DNA from: an uncultured Acidobacteriota bacterium
GTDB lineage: Bacteria; Acidobacteriota; Thermoanaerobaculia; UBA5066; Gp7-AA6
DNA length: 64,000 nt
Direction: 5' to 3'
Assembly (NCBI GenBank): GCA_963765835.1
Contig: CAVXYF010000020.1
Location: 20,731-84,730 of the forward strand
The notes under the pieces are model-generated. The model had not been told where the DNA came from. It made no database searches and was given only the letters and a program-made list of their open reading frames with translations. Positions 17,397 through 27,348 of the stretch are shown one piece after another. Each line of letters starts with the position of its first letter. The stretch's first letter is position 1. The translations under genes were made by a program, and so were the position numbers.

Positions 17397-18905
17397 TCAG
17401 AACCATCGGGAAATGACTACCTTCTTATCGGTATAGAACTCATAAGCATCGCGTCCGTGCACCTTCAGGTCGCCGAAGAAGCTGTCCTTGGCGCCGCCGA
17501 ACGGAAAGTACGCCATCGGAGCGGCGACGCCGATGTTCACGCCCACCATCGATGCCGACGCCATCCGCGCGAACTCGCGCGCGGCCTTGCCGCTCGTGGT
17601 GAAGATGGACGTCGCGTTCGCGTTGGGATGCGCGTGCATGACCTCGATCGCCTCCTCCAGGCTCTTGACCGGGGAGATCGACGCCACGGGGCCGAAGATC
17701 TCCTCGTGGCCGATCGTCATCGAGGGAGAAACCTCGTCGAAGAGCGTGGGGCCGAGAAAGAACCCTTTCTCGCTGCCCTCGACCGAGAGCTCGCGACCGT
17801 CCACGACGAGGCGGGCCCCCTCCTGCACGCCCCTGTCGATGTAGGAGAGCACGCGCTCCCGGTGCCGCCCGCTGATGACCGGCCCCATCTCGACGTCCTC
17901 CGCCATTCCGTCGCCGACCCGGAGGGCCTTCGTGGACGCGGCCATGCGGTCCCGCGCCTCGCCGTGCGCCTCTCCAACCGGAACGAGGATGCTTCCGGCG
18001 AGACAGCGCTCGCCGGCGCAGCCGTAGAACGACTCCGTGATGACGTCGATCGAGCGATCCCAGTCAGCGTCCGGCATGACGACGATGAAGTTCTTGGCTC
18101 CGCCGAGCGCCTGCACGCGTTTTCCGGCGTGGGTCGCGCGCCGCCAGACCGCCTTCGCGACCGGCGTCGAGCCGACGAAGGAGACCGCACGGATCTCAGG
18201 GTGGTCGCAGATCGCCTCGACCACCTCGCGGCCGCCGTTGACCAGGTTCACCACGCCCGGCGGGAGGCCGCACTTCTCCAGCAGGCGGAAGATCAGCCGC
18301 TGGGAGAGCGGAACCTGCTCGGACGGCTTGACGATGATGGTGTTCCCGGTGCCGACCGCGAACGGCAAAAACCAGAGAGGAACCATGGCCGGGAAGTTGA
18401 ACGGCGCGATCGCGGCACAGACGCCCACGGGTTGACGGATCACCTGGCAGTCGATGCCGGAGGAGATGTTCTCGAGGCCGTAACCCATCATGAGCGACGG
18501 GGAGCCGCACGCCACCTCGACGCACTCGATTCCGCGGCGCACGCTGCCCCGGGATTCGCCGATGGTTTTTCCGTGCTCGGTCGTGACCGTGCGCGCGAGC
18601 TCCTCGAAGTTTTCCTCGAGGAGCTGCCGGAACGAAAACAAAGCTCGGGCCCGCACGACCGCGGGCGTGTCGCGCCACGCCGGAAACGCCTTCTTCGCGG
18701 CGAGAACCGCAGCGTCCAGGTCTTCACCGGTCGAGAGCGGCGTCTTCGCGATGATCTCGCCGCGAGCGGGGTTGTACACGTCGAGGAACTCGCGGGCGCG
18801 AGAGTCGACCCACCGGCCCCCGATGAAGTTCTGGAGGACTTCGGCGTCTCTCGAGGAGCCGGCCCTGGCGCTCGTCGCGTCCGTTGCGACCGCCGAATCC
18901 GTCAT
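17397..18905 (-). CDS. mmsA: CoA-acylating (methyl)malonate-semialdehyde dehydrogenase
   Basis: PFNFPAMVPLW, KPSEQVP, SFVGST, QALGGAKNF, GCAGERCLA, EEIFGPV, FPFGGAKDSFFGD. Confidence 0.93.
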   Translation of the reverse strand: MTDSAVATDATSARAGSSRDAEVLQNFIGGRWVDSRAREFLDVYNPARGEIIAKTPLSTGEDLDAAVLAAKKAFPAWRDTPAVVRARALFSFRQLLEENFEELARTVTTEHGKTIGESRGSVRRGIECVEVACGSPSLMMGYGLENISSGIDCQVIRQPVGVCAAIAPFNFPAMVPLWFLPFAVGTGNTIIVKPSEQVPLSQRLIFRLLEKCGLPPGVVNLVNGGREVVEAICDHPEIRAVSFVGSTPVAKAVWRRATHAGKRVQALGGAKNFIVVMPDADWDRSIDVITESFYGCAGERCLAGSILVPVGEAHGEARDRMAASTKALRVGDGMAEDVEMGPVISGRHRERVLSYIDRGVQEGARLVVDGRELSVEGSEKGFFLGPTLFDEVSPSMTIGHEEIFGPVASISPVKSLEEAIEVMHAHPNANATSIFTTSGKAAREFARMASASMVGVNIGVAAPMAYFPFGGAKDSFFGDLKVHGRDAYEFYTDKKVVISRWF

Positions 18906-19023
18906 GCGGACCTCCGTACCTCGGTTGAGGAAAGGCGCAATAGTATTCCCGGCACTTGAGCCCCGCAAGCTTCTCACCCGGTGGAGTTTGCGACGGCGCG
19001 ACGCCGCCGGCGCGCCCGAAAAA

Positions 19024-19045
19024 CTGGCAGGCAATGTGCTAATCT
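19024..19045 (+). promoter_or_regulatory. Candidate promoter for the RRM gene
   Basis: CTGGCAGGCAATGTGCTAATCT has GG-N10-GC (sigma54-like spacing) overlapping an extended -10 (TGnTAATCT). Confidence 0.3.
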
Positions 19046-19192
19046 GTACCTCGTTCTCGTTCCGCTCGCTTTGCCAGACCTGCTCTGACGAATTCCGAAC
19101 GATAAGAAAACGGGAAGGCGCGACGCGCGCGGCGGCGGTCGCGTCCGGGCAACGCCGGGGTTGCTGCTGGCCCGCCGGCAGGAGGAATTCGG

Positions 19193-19495
19193 ATGAAACT
19201 GTACGTCGGCAATCTTTCCTACTCCACGACAGAGGACGACCTCCGTCAGCTCTTCGGGGCCTATGGCACTCCCGAATCGGTTTCGGTCATCTCCGACCGG
19301 GGCACGGGACGCTCGAAGGGCTTCGGCTTCGTCGAGTTCTCGAAGGACGAGGAAGCCAAAGCGGCCATGTCCGCGCTGAACGGCAAGGAAATCGACGGAC
19401 GGGCGCTGACCGTTTCGGAAGCCCGTCCGCGGACGGAGCCGAGCGGAAATCGGGGCGGAGGCGGTGGTGGCGGCGGCCGGGGCGGCCGCTACTGA
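19193..19495 (+). CDS. RRM RNA-binding protein with Gly-rich tail
   Basis: RNP2 LYVGNL, RNP1 KGFGFVEF, a GGGGGRGGRY tail, and SD AGGAGG. Confidence 0.95.
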   Translation: MKLYVGNLSYSTTEDDLRQLFGAYGTPESVSVISDRGTGRSKGFGFVEFSKDEEAKAAMSALNGKEIDGRALTVSEARPRTEPSGNRGGGGGGGGRGGRY

Positions 19496-19593
19496 TCCTC
19501 GGCGGAATGCGAAAATCGTCGTCGGGATCGCGGACGGGGCGTTGAAGCACCTCGCAAAAGCGATCTCACTTTCTGAAGGGACCTGACGCGCTC

Positions 19594-20727
19594 ATGGAAA
19601 AACACCAAAAAAAGGACTGGACGAACATCCTTTTCCTGTCGCTGACCCCGATCGTCGGGATCTTCGGCACCGCTGCCTATGCCTTGAAGTTCGGCGTCCA
19701 GTGGTGGCAGCCGGTCCTGTTTCTCCTCTCGTACCTGCTGGTCGGCCTGTCCGTCACGGCGGGCTACCACCGCCTCTTCGCGCACAAGGGTTACGAGAGC
19801 CACCCTCTCGTTCAGGCCTTCTTCCTCTTCTTCGGTGCGATGGCGCTGCAGAATTCGGTTCTCAAGTGGGCGTCGGACCACCGGACGCACCACAAGTACG
19901 TCGACAAGGACTGGGATCCGTACTCGATCAAGCGGGGCGGGCTCTCCGCCCACATCTTCTGGCTCTTCTACAAGGACCCGGACGGCCACAAGTTCGACAA
20001 CGTGCCGGACCTCCAGGCCAACCGGCTCGTGATGTGGCAGTACCGCTACGCGTCCTGGATCGGAATCCTCTTCGGGCTGGGCATCCCCACTTTGATTGGC
20101 GCCGCTTTCGGCAGCCCGATGGCGGGACTTCTCTGGGGCGGGTTCCTCCGGATCGTCGTCATCCACCACACGACCTTCTTCGTCAATTCCATCGCGCACA
20201 TGTACGGCTCGCGCCCGTACACGGACGAGAACTCGGCGCGGGACAACTGGCTGCTCGCCTTCGTGACGAATGGCGAGGGTTTCCACAATTTCCACCACCG
20301 TTTCCCGACCGACTACCGCAACGGCATCCGCTGGTTCGACTGGGACCCCACGAAGTGGTTGATCCGGACGTTCGCGGCGCTCGGCCTGGCGCGCGATCTC
20401 CGAGCGACCCCCCGCCCCATCATCGAGAAGGCGCGCCTGAAGATGGCGGCGCTCGAGGTGCAGTCACGCCTTCCGGGCGTGCCGGCCGAGGTCGGTGAGA
20501 TGGTTCGTGCCCGGCTGGACCGCGCGGCACAGTTCCTGGAGCGCGCAACGTCGCACTGGAACCGCGCGCAGGAAAAGAAGCGGGCCTGGATGGAAAAGAG
20601 GGCATCGTCGGCCTACGCCCGGAGCTGGAAGAAGAACCTCCGCGCGCAGAAGGGCTGTCTCGCCCGCGCGCGGCAGGAGTGGCAGGGCGCGCTCGCGCTC
20701 CTCTCCCGGAATCCCGAAGCCGCCTGA
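19594..20727 (+). CDS. Delta-9-type acyl-CoA/acyl-lipid desaturase
   Basis: His boxes YHRLFAH, HRTHH and FHNFHH, plus DWDPTKWLI. Confidence 0.92.
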   Translation: MEKHQKKDWTNILFLSLTPIVGIFGTAAYALKFGVQWWQPVLFLLSYLLVGLSVTAGYHRLFAHKGYESHPLVQAFFLFFGAMALQNSVLKWASDHRTHHKYVDKDWDPYSIKRGGLSAHIFWLFYKDPDGHKFDNVPDLQANRLVMWQYRYASWIGILFGLGIPTLIGAAFGSPMAGLLWGGFLRIVVIHHTTFFVNSIAHMYGSRPYTDENSARDNWLLAFVTNGEGFHNFHHRFPTDYRNGIRWFDWDPTKWLIRTFAALGLARDLRATPRPIIEKARLKMAALEVQSRLPGVPAEVGEMVRARLDRAAQFLERATSHWNRAQEKKRAWMEKRASSAYARSWKKNLRAQKGCLARARQEWQGALALLSRNPEAA

Positions 20728-20735
20728 AAACCGGG

Positions 20736-20762
20736 AGGCGGTAGGCGGTAGGCGGTAGGCGG
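20736..20762 (+). repeat. Intergenic heptamer tandem repeat (AGGCGGT) x ~4
   Basis: AGGCGGTAGGCGGTAGGCGGTAGGCGG. Confidence 0.9.
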
Positions 20763-20784
20763 AAGGACGGGAGAGCCCGGCTCG

Positions 20785-21225
20785 ATGGACGACCGCGCGC
20801 TGCTCGAGGTCGCGATCCAGGAGGCCCGGCGGGGACTCTCGGAGGGAGGGATCCCGATCGGCGCCGCGCTCTTCGACGTCGAGGGCAACCTCCTCGGGCG
20901 CGGGCACAACCGGCGCATCCAGGAGAACGACCCCTCGGTCCACGGCGAAACCGACGCGTTCCGGAAGGCGGGCCGCCAGCGCGGTTACCGGGACAAAACG
21001 ATGGTGTCAACGCTCGCGCCGTGCTGGTACTGCAGCGGCCTCGTCCGGCAGTTCGGCATCGGCCGCGTGATCGTGGGGGAGTCGATCAACTTCGCCGGCG
21101 GTCTCGACTGGCTCCGGGACAACGGCGTGCAGGTCGTCGACCTCGCCTCGCTCGAGTGCATCGAGATGCTGGGGGAGTGGATCGCCGCACATCCGGATGT
21201 CTGGAATGAGGACATCGGCCGGTAG
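20785..21225 (+). CDS. Cytosine/nucleoside deaminase (yeast Fcy1-like, CDA fold)
   Basis: EGGIPIGAAL, GHNRRIQ, HGETDAFRKAG, TLAPCWYCSG, WNEDIG. Confidence 0.9.
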   Translation: MDDRALLEVAIQEARRGLSEGGIPIGAALFDVEGNLLGRGHNRRIQENDPSVHGETDAFRKAGRQRGYRDKTMVSTLAPCWYCSGLVRQFGIGRVIVGESINFAGGLDWLRDNGVQVVDLASLECIEMLGEWIAAHPDVWNEDIGR

Positions 21226-21392
21226 CTCAGGGCTGCCACTTTTTGGATTCCGGGGCTGCGGGAATTCGTCAATTTGAGCGTTCCGGCTCCAGTCCGTTCA
21301 CCCATCCTCTTTCCCTTCAGAGAGATCGGCGAGTATGGCCCGGGGAACGCGTCTTGCACTTCTCCGAGTTCACCAAAGGTACGGTGAACAAA

Positions 21393-21659
21393 ATGTCTGC
21401 TGACCGACGAACTGCCGAACGTCTCATTGTTCCGAGCGAGAGCCTGGAGCGAATCTCGATGCACGAGGTCGCGAGCGGCGACGAGGAGCCGGAGGAGCAG
21501 ACGCAGCCGCTGCGCCTGTCCTTCCTGGCGCTCCTCGCCGAGCGCGACCCGGCGGTCCAGGCCCGGTTGACGCTGCGACGGAAGCTCGCGCTGGCCGAGC
21601 TACCGGCAGACGACGACCGGCCGACGGACCCGATGCTGGAGCTCGACGAGCCGGCCTGA
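21393..21659 (+). CDS. Hypothetical acidic protein
   Basis: The ORF fills the gap before convergent glgC. No family recognised; start uncertain. Confidence 0.45.
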   Translation: MSADRRTAERLIVPSESLERISMHEVASGDEEPEEQTQPLRLSFLALLAERDPAVQARLTLRRKLALAELPADDDRPTDPMLELDEPA

Positions 21660-21671
21660 GGCCGGCGTCGA

Positions 21672-22967
21672 TCAGCGCGGCGGCGAGGCCGGCGAGGTCG
21701 CCGACGCCGCCGCGGCCAGGCGCATTTTCCGGGCCCGTGTTCGCTGTCGCAGCGCGGGCGCCGAAAAATACTCGGGGGTCGCGTCCGCATCGATCACGGC
21801 TCCCCGTTTGACGCAGATCCGGTCCGGAATCTGCGCGTTCTTTCCAACCGCGGTGATTCCGGGTCCCTCTCCAGCTTTCGGCCTCTGACCCACCCGGGCG
21901 CGTTTCCCGATGCGCACGAGCTTGTCGACGATCGAACGGTCGACGCGCGCGCCCTCCTCGATGACCGAGTCCGTCAGGATCACCGAGTCGCGGACGAGCG
22001 CATTCGGGCCGATCCAGACGCCCGCGGAGAGCACGCTCCTTTCGACGCGAGCGCCCGGAGAGATCACGCAGCCGTCCGTGATCATGCTGTCCTTGACGAT
22101 CGCCCCCTCCTGGATGGTGACGGGCGGGCGCTCTTCCGACTGCGTGTGCACGACCCAGCGGCGATCGTTCAGGTCGAGCGGGGGCGGGTGCTTCAGCAGG
22201 TCCATGTGGGTCTGCCAGTACGCCTCCGTCGTTCCGACGTCCACCCAGTAGCCCTCGAAGGGGTAGGCGAAAACCCGCATCCCGCCGCCGACCATGCGCG
22301 GAAGGATGTCCTTCCCGAAGTCGTGGGAGGAGTCGCGCCGCTTCGCGTCCTCGGTGAGCATTTGCGCGAGCGTCTTCAGCCCGAAGACGTAGATCCCCAT
22401 CGAGGCCAGCGTGCCCGGCGGATCCGCGGGCTTCTCGACGAACTGCGTGACCTTCGACTCCCCGTCGATCGCCAGGATCCCCATCCGGGTCGCTTCCTCG
22501 CGCGAGACGTTCAGCGTTCCGATCGTCACGTCTGCGTTCTGCTCGACGTGAAAGGCCACGAGCGCCCCGTAGTTCATCTTGTAGATGTGGTCGCCCGCGA
22601 GCACGAGGACGAGATCGGGAGCTCCGCGCTCGACGAAAGAGAGGTTCTGGTAGATCGCGTCCGCGGTACCCCGGTACCAGTCCGTGTCGAGCCGCCCGCG
22701 GTAGGGCTGGTACACGTGAACGCCGCCCGTGAAGCCGCGGTCGAGGTCCCAGGGCCGGCCCGCGCCGATGTGCTCGATCAGAGAGTGCGGCCGGTACTGC
22801 GTCAGGATCATGAGGTCGAAGATGCCGGAGTTCACGCAGTTCGAAAGCGTGAAGTCGATGATGCGGTACTTGCCGGCGAAGGGAACCGCAGGTTTTGCGC
22901 GGCGATCGGTCAGAACGCCCAGACGTTGACCCTCTCCCCCGGCGAGAATGACCGCCCGGGTCCTCAC
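21672..22967 (-). CDS. glgC: Glucose-1-phosphate adenylyltransferase
   Basis: ILAGGEGQRL, RAKPAVPFAGKYRIIDF, WYRGTADA, GDHIYKM, SMGIYVF, DFGKDI, YWVDVGT. Confidence 0.96.
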   Translation of the reverse strand: MRTRAVILAGGEGQRLGVLTDRRAKPAVPFAGKYRIIDFTLSNCVNSGIFDLMILTQYRPHSLIEHIGAGRPWDLDRGFTGGVHVYQPYRGRLDTDWYRGTADAIYQNLSFVERGAPDLVLVLAGDHIYKMNYGALVAFHVEQNADVTIGTLNVSREEATRMGILAIDGESKVTQFVEKPADPPGTLASMGIYVFGLKTLAQMLTEDAKRRDSSHDFGKDILPRMVGGGMRVFAYPFEGYWVDVGTTEAYWQTHMDLLKHPPPLDLNDRRWVVHTQSEERPPVTIQEGAIVKDSMITDGCVISPGARVERSVLSAGVWIGPNALVRDSVILTDSVIEEGARVDRSIVDKLVRIGKRARVGQRPKAGEGPGITAVGKNAQIPDRICVKRGAVIDADATPEYFSAPALRQRTRARKMRLAAAASATSPASPPR

Positions 22968-22986
22968 GCGCGCACCCTCGTCGTCG

Positions 22987-24429
22987 TCACGGAGGGGAAC
23001 CGCGGCGGTAGCGCAGCGCCTCGCGGTAGAGGCCCTCGTACTGCGCGGCCGACCGATCCCACCCGAAATCCCGTCCCATTCCGCGCCGCTGGAGCTCGAT
23101 CCATTCTTCGGGCTGAGCGTACACCCGCCGGGCGCGGTCGAGCGCGTGGGCGAGCGAGAGCGGGTCGTACCCATCGAACAGAAAACCCGTGCCCCCCGGG
23201 TCCCCCGCGTCCGTGATCGTGTCCGCCAGTCCCCCCGTCCGCCGCGCGATCGGGACTGCGCCGTAACGCATGGCGATCATCTGCGTCAGGCCGCACGGTT
23301 CGTAGCGCGATGGAATGAGGATGGCGTCGGCTCCCCCGTAAATCCGGCGCGAGTGAGGTGGATCGAAACGCAGGCGGACGCTCGCCCGTCCGGGGAAGCC
23401 GAGCTCCAGGGAAGCCAGAGCGCCCTCGATCGCGGGGTCGCCGCTGCCGAGCGCGACGAACTGGCCGCCGGCCTGGATCCAGTTCGGCAGAACGGGGATC
23501 GCGAGGTCGAAGCCCTTTTGGGAGTCGAGGCGTGACACGACGCCCAGGAGAAACGCCCCGGCCTCCGGCTGCAACCCCGTCTCCTCCTGGAGCGCGGTCT
23601 TGTCCGCGGCGCGGAGCTCCACGCTGCCGGCGTTGAAACGCGCGCGCAGGACTTCGTCCGTTTCGGGATTCCAGCTCTTGGTGTCGATGCCGTTCAACAC
23701 GCCGTGAAGGCGGTCGCTCCGGGCGCGGAGGACGCCGTCGAAACCGTAACCGCCCTCCGGAGTCTGAATCTCGCGCGCATACGTTGGACTGACGGTGGTC
23801 AGAACGTCGGCGCTCGCCAGCCCGATACCGAGAAGAGAGTCCCTCGCCCACTCCGGGACTGATCCAAGAATCGGGCTCGTCGGCAGGCCGTACTCGCCGA
23901 GAAATCGTCCGGCGCCGCGGCCCGTATAGGGGAGGTTGTGGATCGTGAAGAGCGTCGCCGTGTCCTGGAAGAACGCGTCGGTGCCGCGCGCGACCGCGAG
24001 CCGGTAGACCGCCGGGCCGGTGTGCCAGTCGTTGGCGTGGACGATATCCGGCCGGAAGTCGAGCGCCCGGCAGGCCTCGAGCGCCGCGAGGGAGAAGAAG
24101 ACGAACTTGCGCCCGTCCTCCTCGATGGAGCTGCCGTAGATCCTGCTGTCGGTCGGGATCGGCGGTCCGGTGATCAAGTAGACCGGCACTCCATCGAAGC
24201 TCGTCTCCCAGACCTGCCCGGTCTGCGGCCCTCCCGCGTGATTCACGTCGAAGCGGTCCACGCGGCGGGGGCGGAACCGGGCCCAGTCGATGGCCCCGTA
24301 GCCCGGAATCGCGACGCGGACGTCGTGGCCGAGCGCGGCCAGGGCTCGCGGGAGAGATCCGGCAACGTCCCCCAGTCCGCCCACCTTGACGAACGGGGAG
24401 GCCTCAGCCGCCAGAAAAAGGACCTTCAA
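22987..24429 (-). CDS. glgA: Glycogen synthase
   Basis: KVGGLGDV, HANDWHT, FTIHNL, NGID, SRLDSQKG, PSRYEPCGLTQM, TGGLADT. Confidence 0.96.
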   Translation of the reverse strand: MKVLFLAAEASPFVKVGGLGDVAGSLPRALAALGHDVRVAIPGYGAIDWARFRPRRVDRFDVNHAGGPQTGQVWETSFDGVPVYLITGPPIPTDSRIYGSSIEEDGRKFVFFSLAALEACRALDFRPDIVHANDWHTGPAVYRLAVARGTDAFFQDTATLFTIHNLPYTGRGAGRFLGEYGLPTSPILGSVPEWARDSLLGIGLASADVLTTVSPTYAREIQTPEGGYGFDGVLRARSDRLHGVLNGIDTKSWNPETDEVLRARFNAGSVELRAADKTALQEETGLQPEAGAFLLGVVSRLDSQKGFDLAIPVLPNWIQAGGQFVALGSGDPAIEGALASLELGFPGRASVRLRFDPPHSRRIYGGADAILIPSRYEPCGLTQMIAMRYGAVPIARRTGGLADTITDAGDPGGTGFLFDGYDPLSLAHALDRARRVYAQPEEWIELQRRGMGRDFGWDRSAAQYEGLYREALRYRRGSPP

Positions 24430-24601
24430 GGGGCGCGATTATGAGCCGGATCACACGTCCGGCCGGGGCCCGGCGTTACAATCGAACAGTTCAGCCATGA
24501 AACATTTCGGGTTTCGCCGGGGTATGCAGCCGGTGTCTTTCCGGCCGGGAGTGTTCTTTTCTGGAACGCTCTCCGCGGCCACCCGGTTGTCGAAAAGAGT
24601 C

Positions 24602-26452
24602 ATGGAAGCCGGGCCGATGCTCCGAAACGTCGGATCTTTCCTCGCGGGCCGCCGCACGAAGACGGCCGTCGCGGTTTTCGTCTTCTTTCTCGTGCTGGGG
24701 ATCGCTCTCCCCAACTCGCCGGGGCGCGCCCGCTCCGTCGCAATCGCGATGGCCAACACGAGAAGCTCGGGCCTCCTCGCCGTCGCCGAGAAGGAGTACT
24801 GGGGCTTTCTCCAGAAGCGGAGTCTCGAGCTGCGACTCCGCCTCGGCCTGCCGGTGGAGGAGCTGCCGGACCTGACGGAAGGCCGCGCGCGTGCGGACGC
24901 GGTCTACGGCGCGGCGCTTCTCCAGAAGCTGCGGGGTCTTCGGGAGCTCGAGCTCTCTCACGAGGAGTCCCTCTCCTTCGCGATGCTCCGGGATGCCGCG
25001 CACCAGCTCGCGGCCTCGCGGCGCGACTACTGGCTCACGTTTCCGATGACGCCGTACGCGTCTCCGGTGCGGGAGGTCCATCAGGCGTTCACCACCTGGC
25101 AGTTCCGGACGCCGGACGACCTGGACCGCTACGCCGCGCTGCTCAACCGTTACGCCGGGTTCATCCGCCAGATGGAGGAAAAGCTCCGAAACCAGGCGAA
25201 GCGCGGAATCCGGCTTCCGAAGGCGGAGACCGCGCTCGTTGCCGACTTCTATCGCGCGGCGGTCGCGAAGCCCGCGGAGAGCATCTTCTGGGTCTCGCCG
25301 GAGCGGCTCGCGCGGGAGCCCGAGCAGGACCGCACCCCGTTCACTCGGCGGGTCGAGGGGCTCATCGCGACCCGCGTCAACCCCGCGCTCGAGAGCCTGG
25401 CCGCGTACGTCTCCGGGGAGTACGCCGCGCGAGCGCCGCAGGCCGTCGGCCTGGGACAGTATCCGGGTGGGAAGGCGTACTACCGGCGGCTGGTGCGCTT
25501 CCACACGACTCTCGACGTGACGCCGGAAGAAGTCCACGAGCTCGGTCTCGCCGAAGTCGAAAGGCTGAATCGCGAGCTCGAGGAGGTGCGGACCGCCGTC
25601 GGCTTCGAGGGGACGTCGGCGGAGTTTCGATCCGAGCTCCGCGCCGATCCGCGATTCGTTCCCGCGACCGCCGACGAGATCGGCGACCGGCTTCTCGAAG
25701 CGCAGAAGCGGATCATGACCAAGATTCCGTTCTTCTTCGGGAAAATGCCGTCGTCGCCGGCCGGCATCCGGCGGCTCGCCCCGAACCTCGAGGGCGCGAT
25801 GACTTCCGGCTACTACCAGGAGCCCACGGCGACCGACCCGCGCGGTTACTACTTCTACAACGGCTCGTCGCTCGCCGACCGGTCGCTACTCTCCTCGGCG
25901 GGGCTCATCTATCGCGAGCTCGTTCCGGGCCACCACTTCCAGAAGTCCCTCCAGCTGGAGAACGCCGACCTGCCGGGCTTCCGGAGAGAGGCGGCTTGGA
26001 CGGCGTACACGGAGGGCTGGGGCGAGTACGCCTCGTCGCTCGCGGGCGAGATGGGAATGTACGAGGACCCCTACGACCGCGCCGGGCGAATCGGCATGGA
26101 GCTCTTTCTTTCCGCGCGCCTCGTCGTGGACACCGGGATGAACGCTCTCGGGTGGTCGCGCGCCCGCGCGACCGCGTACCTCCGAGAGAACACGCTCGAG
26201 TCCGACGCGGTGATCGCCAACGAGACTCTGCGCGACTCCTGCGACACTCCGGGCGAGGCGCTCGCTTACAAGCTGGGGTCCGCGAAGATCCGGGAGCTGC
26301 GGCGGAAGTCGGAGCGGGCCCTGGGTCCGGACTTCGACGTGCGCCGCTTCCACGACGCCGTGCTGGGTTCGGGCCCGATGCCGCTGGCGCTGCTCGAGCG
26401 GCACGTCGACTGGTTCATCGGCACCGAGAGGACGCGGATCGCCAGTCGCTAG
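24602..26452 (+). CDS. DUF885 family protein (start uncertain)
   Basis: VPGHHFQ, AYTEGWGEYA, RLVVDTG.N..GWSR, QALAYKLG-like motif, FHD.VL..GPMPL. The usual HE reads RE in LIYRELVPGHH. Confidence 0.85.
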   Translation: MEAGPMLRNVGSFLAGRRTKTAVAVFVFFLVLGIALPNSPGRARSVAIAMANTRSSGLLAVAEKEYWGFLQKRSLELRLRLGLPVEELPDLTEGRARADAVYGAALLQKLRGLRELELSHEESLSFAMLRDAAHQLAASRRDYWLTFPMTPYASPVREVHQAFTTWQFRTPDDLDRYAALLNRYAGFIRQMEEKLRNQAKRGIRLPKAETALVADFYRAAVAKPAESIFWVSPERLAREPEQDRTPFTRRVEGLIATRVNPALESLAAYVSGEYAARAPQAVGLGQYPGGKAYYRRLVRFHTTLDVTPEEVHELGLAEVERLNRELEEVRTAVGFEGTSAEFRSELRADPRFVPATADEIGDRLLEAQKRIMTKIPFFFGKMPSSPAGIRRLAPNLEGAMTSGYYQEPTATDPRGYYFYNGSSLADRSLLSSAGLIYRELVPGHHFQKSLQLENADLPGFRREAAWTAYTEGWGEYASSLAGEMGMYEDPYDRAGRIGMELFLSARLVVDTGMNALGWSRARATAYLRENTLESDAVIANETLRDSCDTPGEALAYKLGSAKIRELRRKSERALGPDFDVRRFHDAVLGSGPMPLALLERHVDWFIGTERTRIASR

Positions 26453-26483
26453 GGGCGGTCCGAAGCTTGCAGCCTCCGGGAGC

Positions 26484-26966
26484 GTGGCTGCCCGACTCGA
26501 CCGGAAAACCGTACTCGCGACGCTCGTTGGAGCGCTGATCTTCGCTCTCTCCGCGACACGGTGCGCCTCCGCCTTCGCGAAGCCGGAGCTCCAGTTCCGA
26601 GGGCTGCGGATCAACTCGATCGGCCTCGGCGGAGCGTCGATCGACGTCGTCGTGGACGTCTACAACCCCAACTCCTTTCGGCTGGGCCTCGACCGGTTCT
26701 CGTACGACCTGGAGATCGAGAACGTTCACTTCGGCGGGGGAGAGATCGACGCCCCGGTTTCGGTCGCAGGAGGGAGCACGGCAACTGTCCGACTGCCCCT
26801 CGACCTGAACTGGTCAGTCCTGGGCGACGTGGGCCGGGGAGTGCTGAATACCGGGAACGTCCACTACGGTGTGACCGGGGAGATGATCGTCTCGACCGCC
26901 TTCGGGAAGTCCCGCGTGCCCTACTCGAAGGCCGGGCAATTCTCGGTGCTGGGGAGCGGGCGCTAG
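26484..26966 (+). CDS. LEA type 2 (WHy domain) exported protein
   Basis: Signal peptide followed by KPELQFRGL...VDVYNPNSF.L.LD..SYDL. Confidence 0.82.
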   Translation: MAARLDRKTVLATLVGALIFALSATRCASAFAKPELQFRGLRINSIGLGGASIDVVVDVYNPNSFRLGLDRFSYDLEIENVHFGGGEIDAPVSVAGGSTATVRLPLDLNWSVLGDVGRGVLNTGNVHYGVTGEMIVSTAFGKSRVPYSKAGQFSVLGSGR

Positions 26967-26967
26967 C

Positions 26968-27348
26968 TCACTGGACGGAGACGGCGTAGCCGTTCTCGAA
27001 CACGATCTTCTTCCCGACGCTGCGGTAGATCCAGGTCTCCTGCGGGATTCCGGCGGCGGAGTATCCCGAGCTCGTCTCGTCGGGAGCGCCCATCATCGCC
27101 CGCACCTCCGACGGGGTCATGTTCTCGTGAACGCGTCCGGCTTCACGCTCGCTGGCGACCGCATCGCGGCCCATCCGATCCAGCTCCGACTGGCGGGCCT
27201 CCGACCGGTGCGCCGCCGCCCTCGCCTTCTCGAGTGGCGCCTGGGACGCCGGTTCCGGAGCGTTCGTTCCGAGAAGTCCGCCAGCCGAGTTCTTGTATAG
27301 CCAGAGGCCAACACCGACGACCAGGAGGAGAAGAATGAGTCGGCTCAT
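26968..27348 (-). CDS. Small membrane-anchored protein with SmpA/BamE-like C-terminus
   Basis: N-terminal hydrophobic helix; MTPSEVRAMMGAPD...ETWIY; start overlaps the Rrf2 stop. Confidence 0.65.
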   Translation of the reverse strand: MSRLILLLLVVGVGLWLYKNSAGGLLGTNAPEPASQAPLEKARAAAHRSEARQSELDRMGRDAVASEREAGRVHENMTPSEVRAMMGAPDETSSGYSAAGIPQETWIYRSVGKKIVFENGYAVSVQ

